37,561 nucleotides of DNA from Chiloscyllium plagiosum (Eukaryota), in assembly GCF_004010195.1 (NCBI RefSeq), contig NC_057719.1, positions 31,280,722 through 31,318,282 of the forward strand. The letters run 5' to 3'. Numbering within the stretch: position 1 is the stretch's first letter; every line of letters starts with the position of its first letter. Below, in pieces: positions 36,619 to 37,561 of this stretch. The position numbers and the translations under genes were made by a program. The notes under the pieces were generated by a model that was given only the letters and a program-made list of their open reading frames with translations, did no database searches and had not been told where the DNA came from.

Positions 36619-37561
36619 TTTTTTTTATAGATATTTTTATTAGAAATTTAACATTTTTACAAGTTTACAAAAATAAACAAAACTCTCAGATATAAACATT
36701 GATATACAATTAACTCAAATATACAATAGCCAAAATTTAACAAGAGACAGAAAAAAAAACGAAAAAGAAGGAAAAAAAAACTATCTACTAATCTAACCTA
36801 CAACTAACCAGAGTGTATATTTAAGTCTCTTACATGCTCGGAATGTGTTAACATCAGATGTATTAAAACCCGTATTCGTGCGGGAATCCTCTCCCGAGGG
36901 GCCCCGGACCAGCCAGGTTTGTAATCTCAATTAAATAAAAGCCCTTGTTAGGAAAGCCGAAATATCTGTATTTATGTAATTCAAGAAGGGCTGCCATATT
37001 TTATAAAATAATTCGGTCTTTTGGTGCACCATATTTGTGAGGAAGTCAAGGGGAATACATTCCATAATTAATCTGTGCCAATTTGAAAGTCCGGGGGGCC
37101 CTCAGCCACCCAGTTCACCAAAATATTTTCCCTTGCACAGAAAGAAAGAATAGAAAATAGTCTCTTCCCGTACGTGTCCAGGGAGGGAAAGTTCAAAAAG
37201 CCCAAAAGGAGAGATACAGGGTCCACTTTAATTTCCGTTCATAAAATTTCTGTCAGAGTTCTTGCTACTTTAGTCCAATATCTACGGATCTTATGACAGG
37301 TCCATAAGCAATGTACAAGAGTGCCCACCTCTATTTTGCATTTAGGACACATTGGAGATGCTCCTGCCTTAAATTTTGCCAATCGAACCAGTGCTATATG
37401 GGCCCTATGAAGTATCTTCAGCTGGATAGCCTGGGTTCTGTTACAAATAGTAATTCTTCTAGCATTTTCCCAGATACCATTCCACGTTTCTGTGGAGATT
37501 TCTAGTCCCAAATCCTGATCCCATATTTTAAGCAGATTGTCCATATCTCCCGATACTTCAT
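36619..37561 (-). mobile_element. L1-clade LINE 3' end (ORF2 C-terminus, 3' UTR, polyA), continuing beyond the window
   Basis: ORF 37239-37544 has QLKILHR and the zinc knuckle CPKC..EVGTLVHCLWTC. It continues past one nonsense codon and one frameshift to ...WQPFLNYI..LTRAFI* (stop 36931-36933). AATAAA on the minus strand at 36636-36641 and an A-tail at 36619-36626. Confidence 0.9.

Overview
This is vertebrate genomic DNA, most likely from a cartilaginous fish (shark), inferred from HE1-type SINEs and HER1/CR1-type LINEs. On the + strand it carries three gene parts: the last two coding exons and 3' UTR of PRPF39; a complete five-exon FAU gene (FUBI-eS30 fusion, 133 aa; exon 1 ~13246, stop 28123); and the start of a second tandem FAU copy (promoter/exon 1 ~31759, exon 2 coding 35935-36009) that runs off the window. 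Most of the rest is decayed CR1 LINE, Penelope-like elements, tRNA-derived SINEs, a Tigger/pogo-like DNA element and a 3' L1 fragment, plus a 138-N gap. The most notable feature is the contrast between the two FAU copies. They look like an old duplication (introns ~80-85% identical where alignable, different TE content, exon 2 differing at 7/75 nt). Yet they share a ~595-bp promoter/exon 1/intron 1 CpG block that is ~99% identical with sharp edges, which suggests promoter-restricted gene conversion. Copy 1 also encodes an unusually divergent eS30. All alignments and identities were done by eye, and reference protein sequences are recalled rather than looked up.
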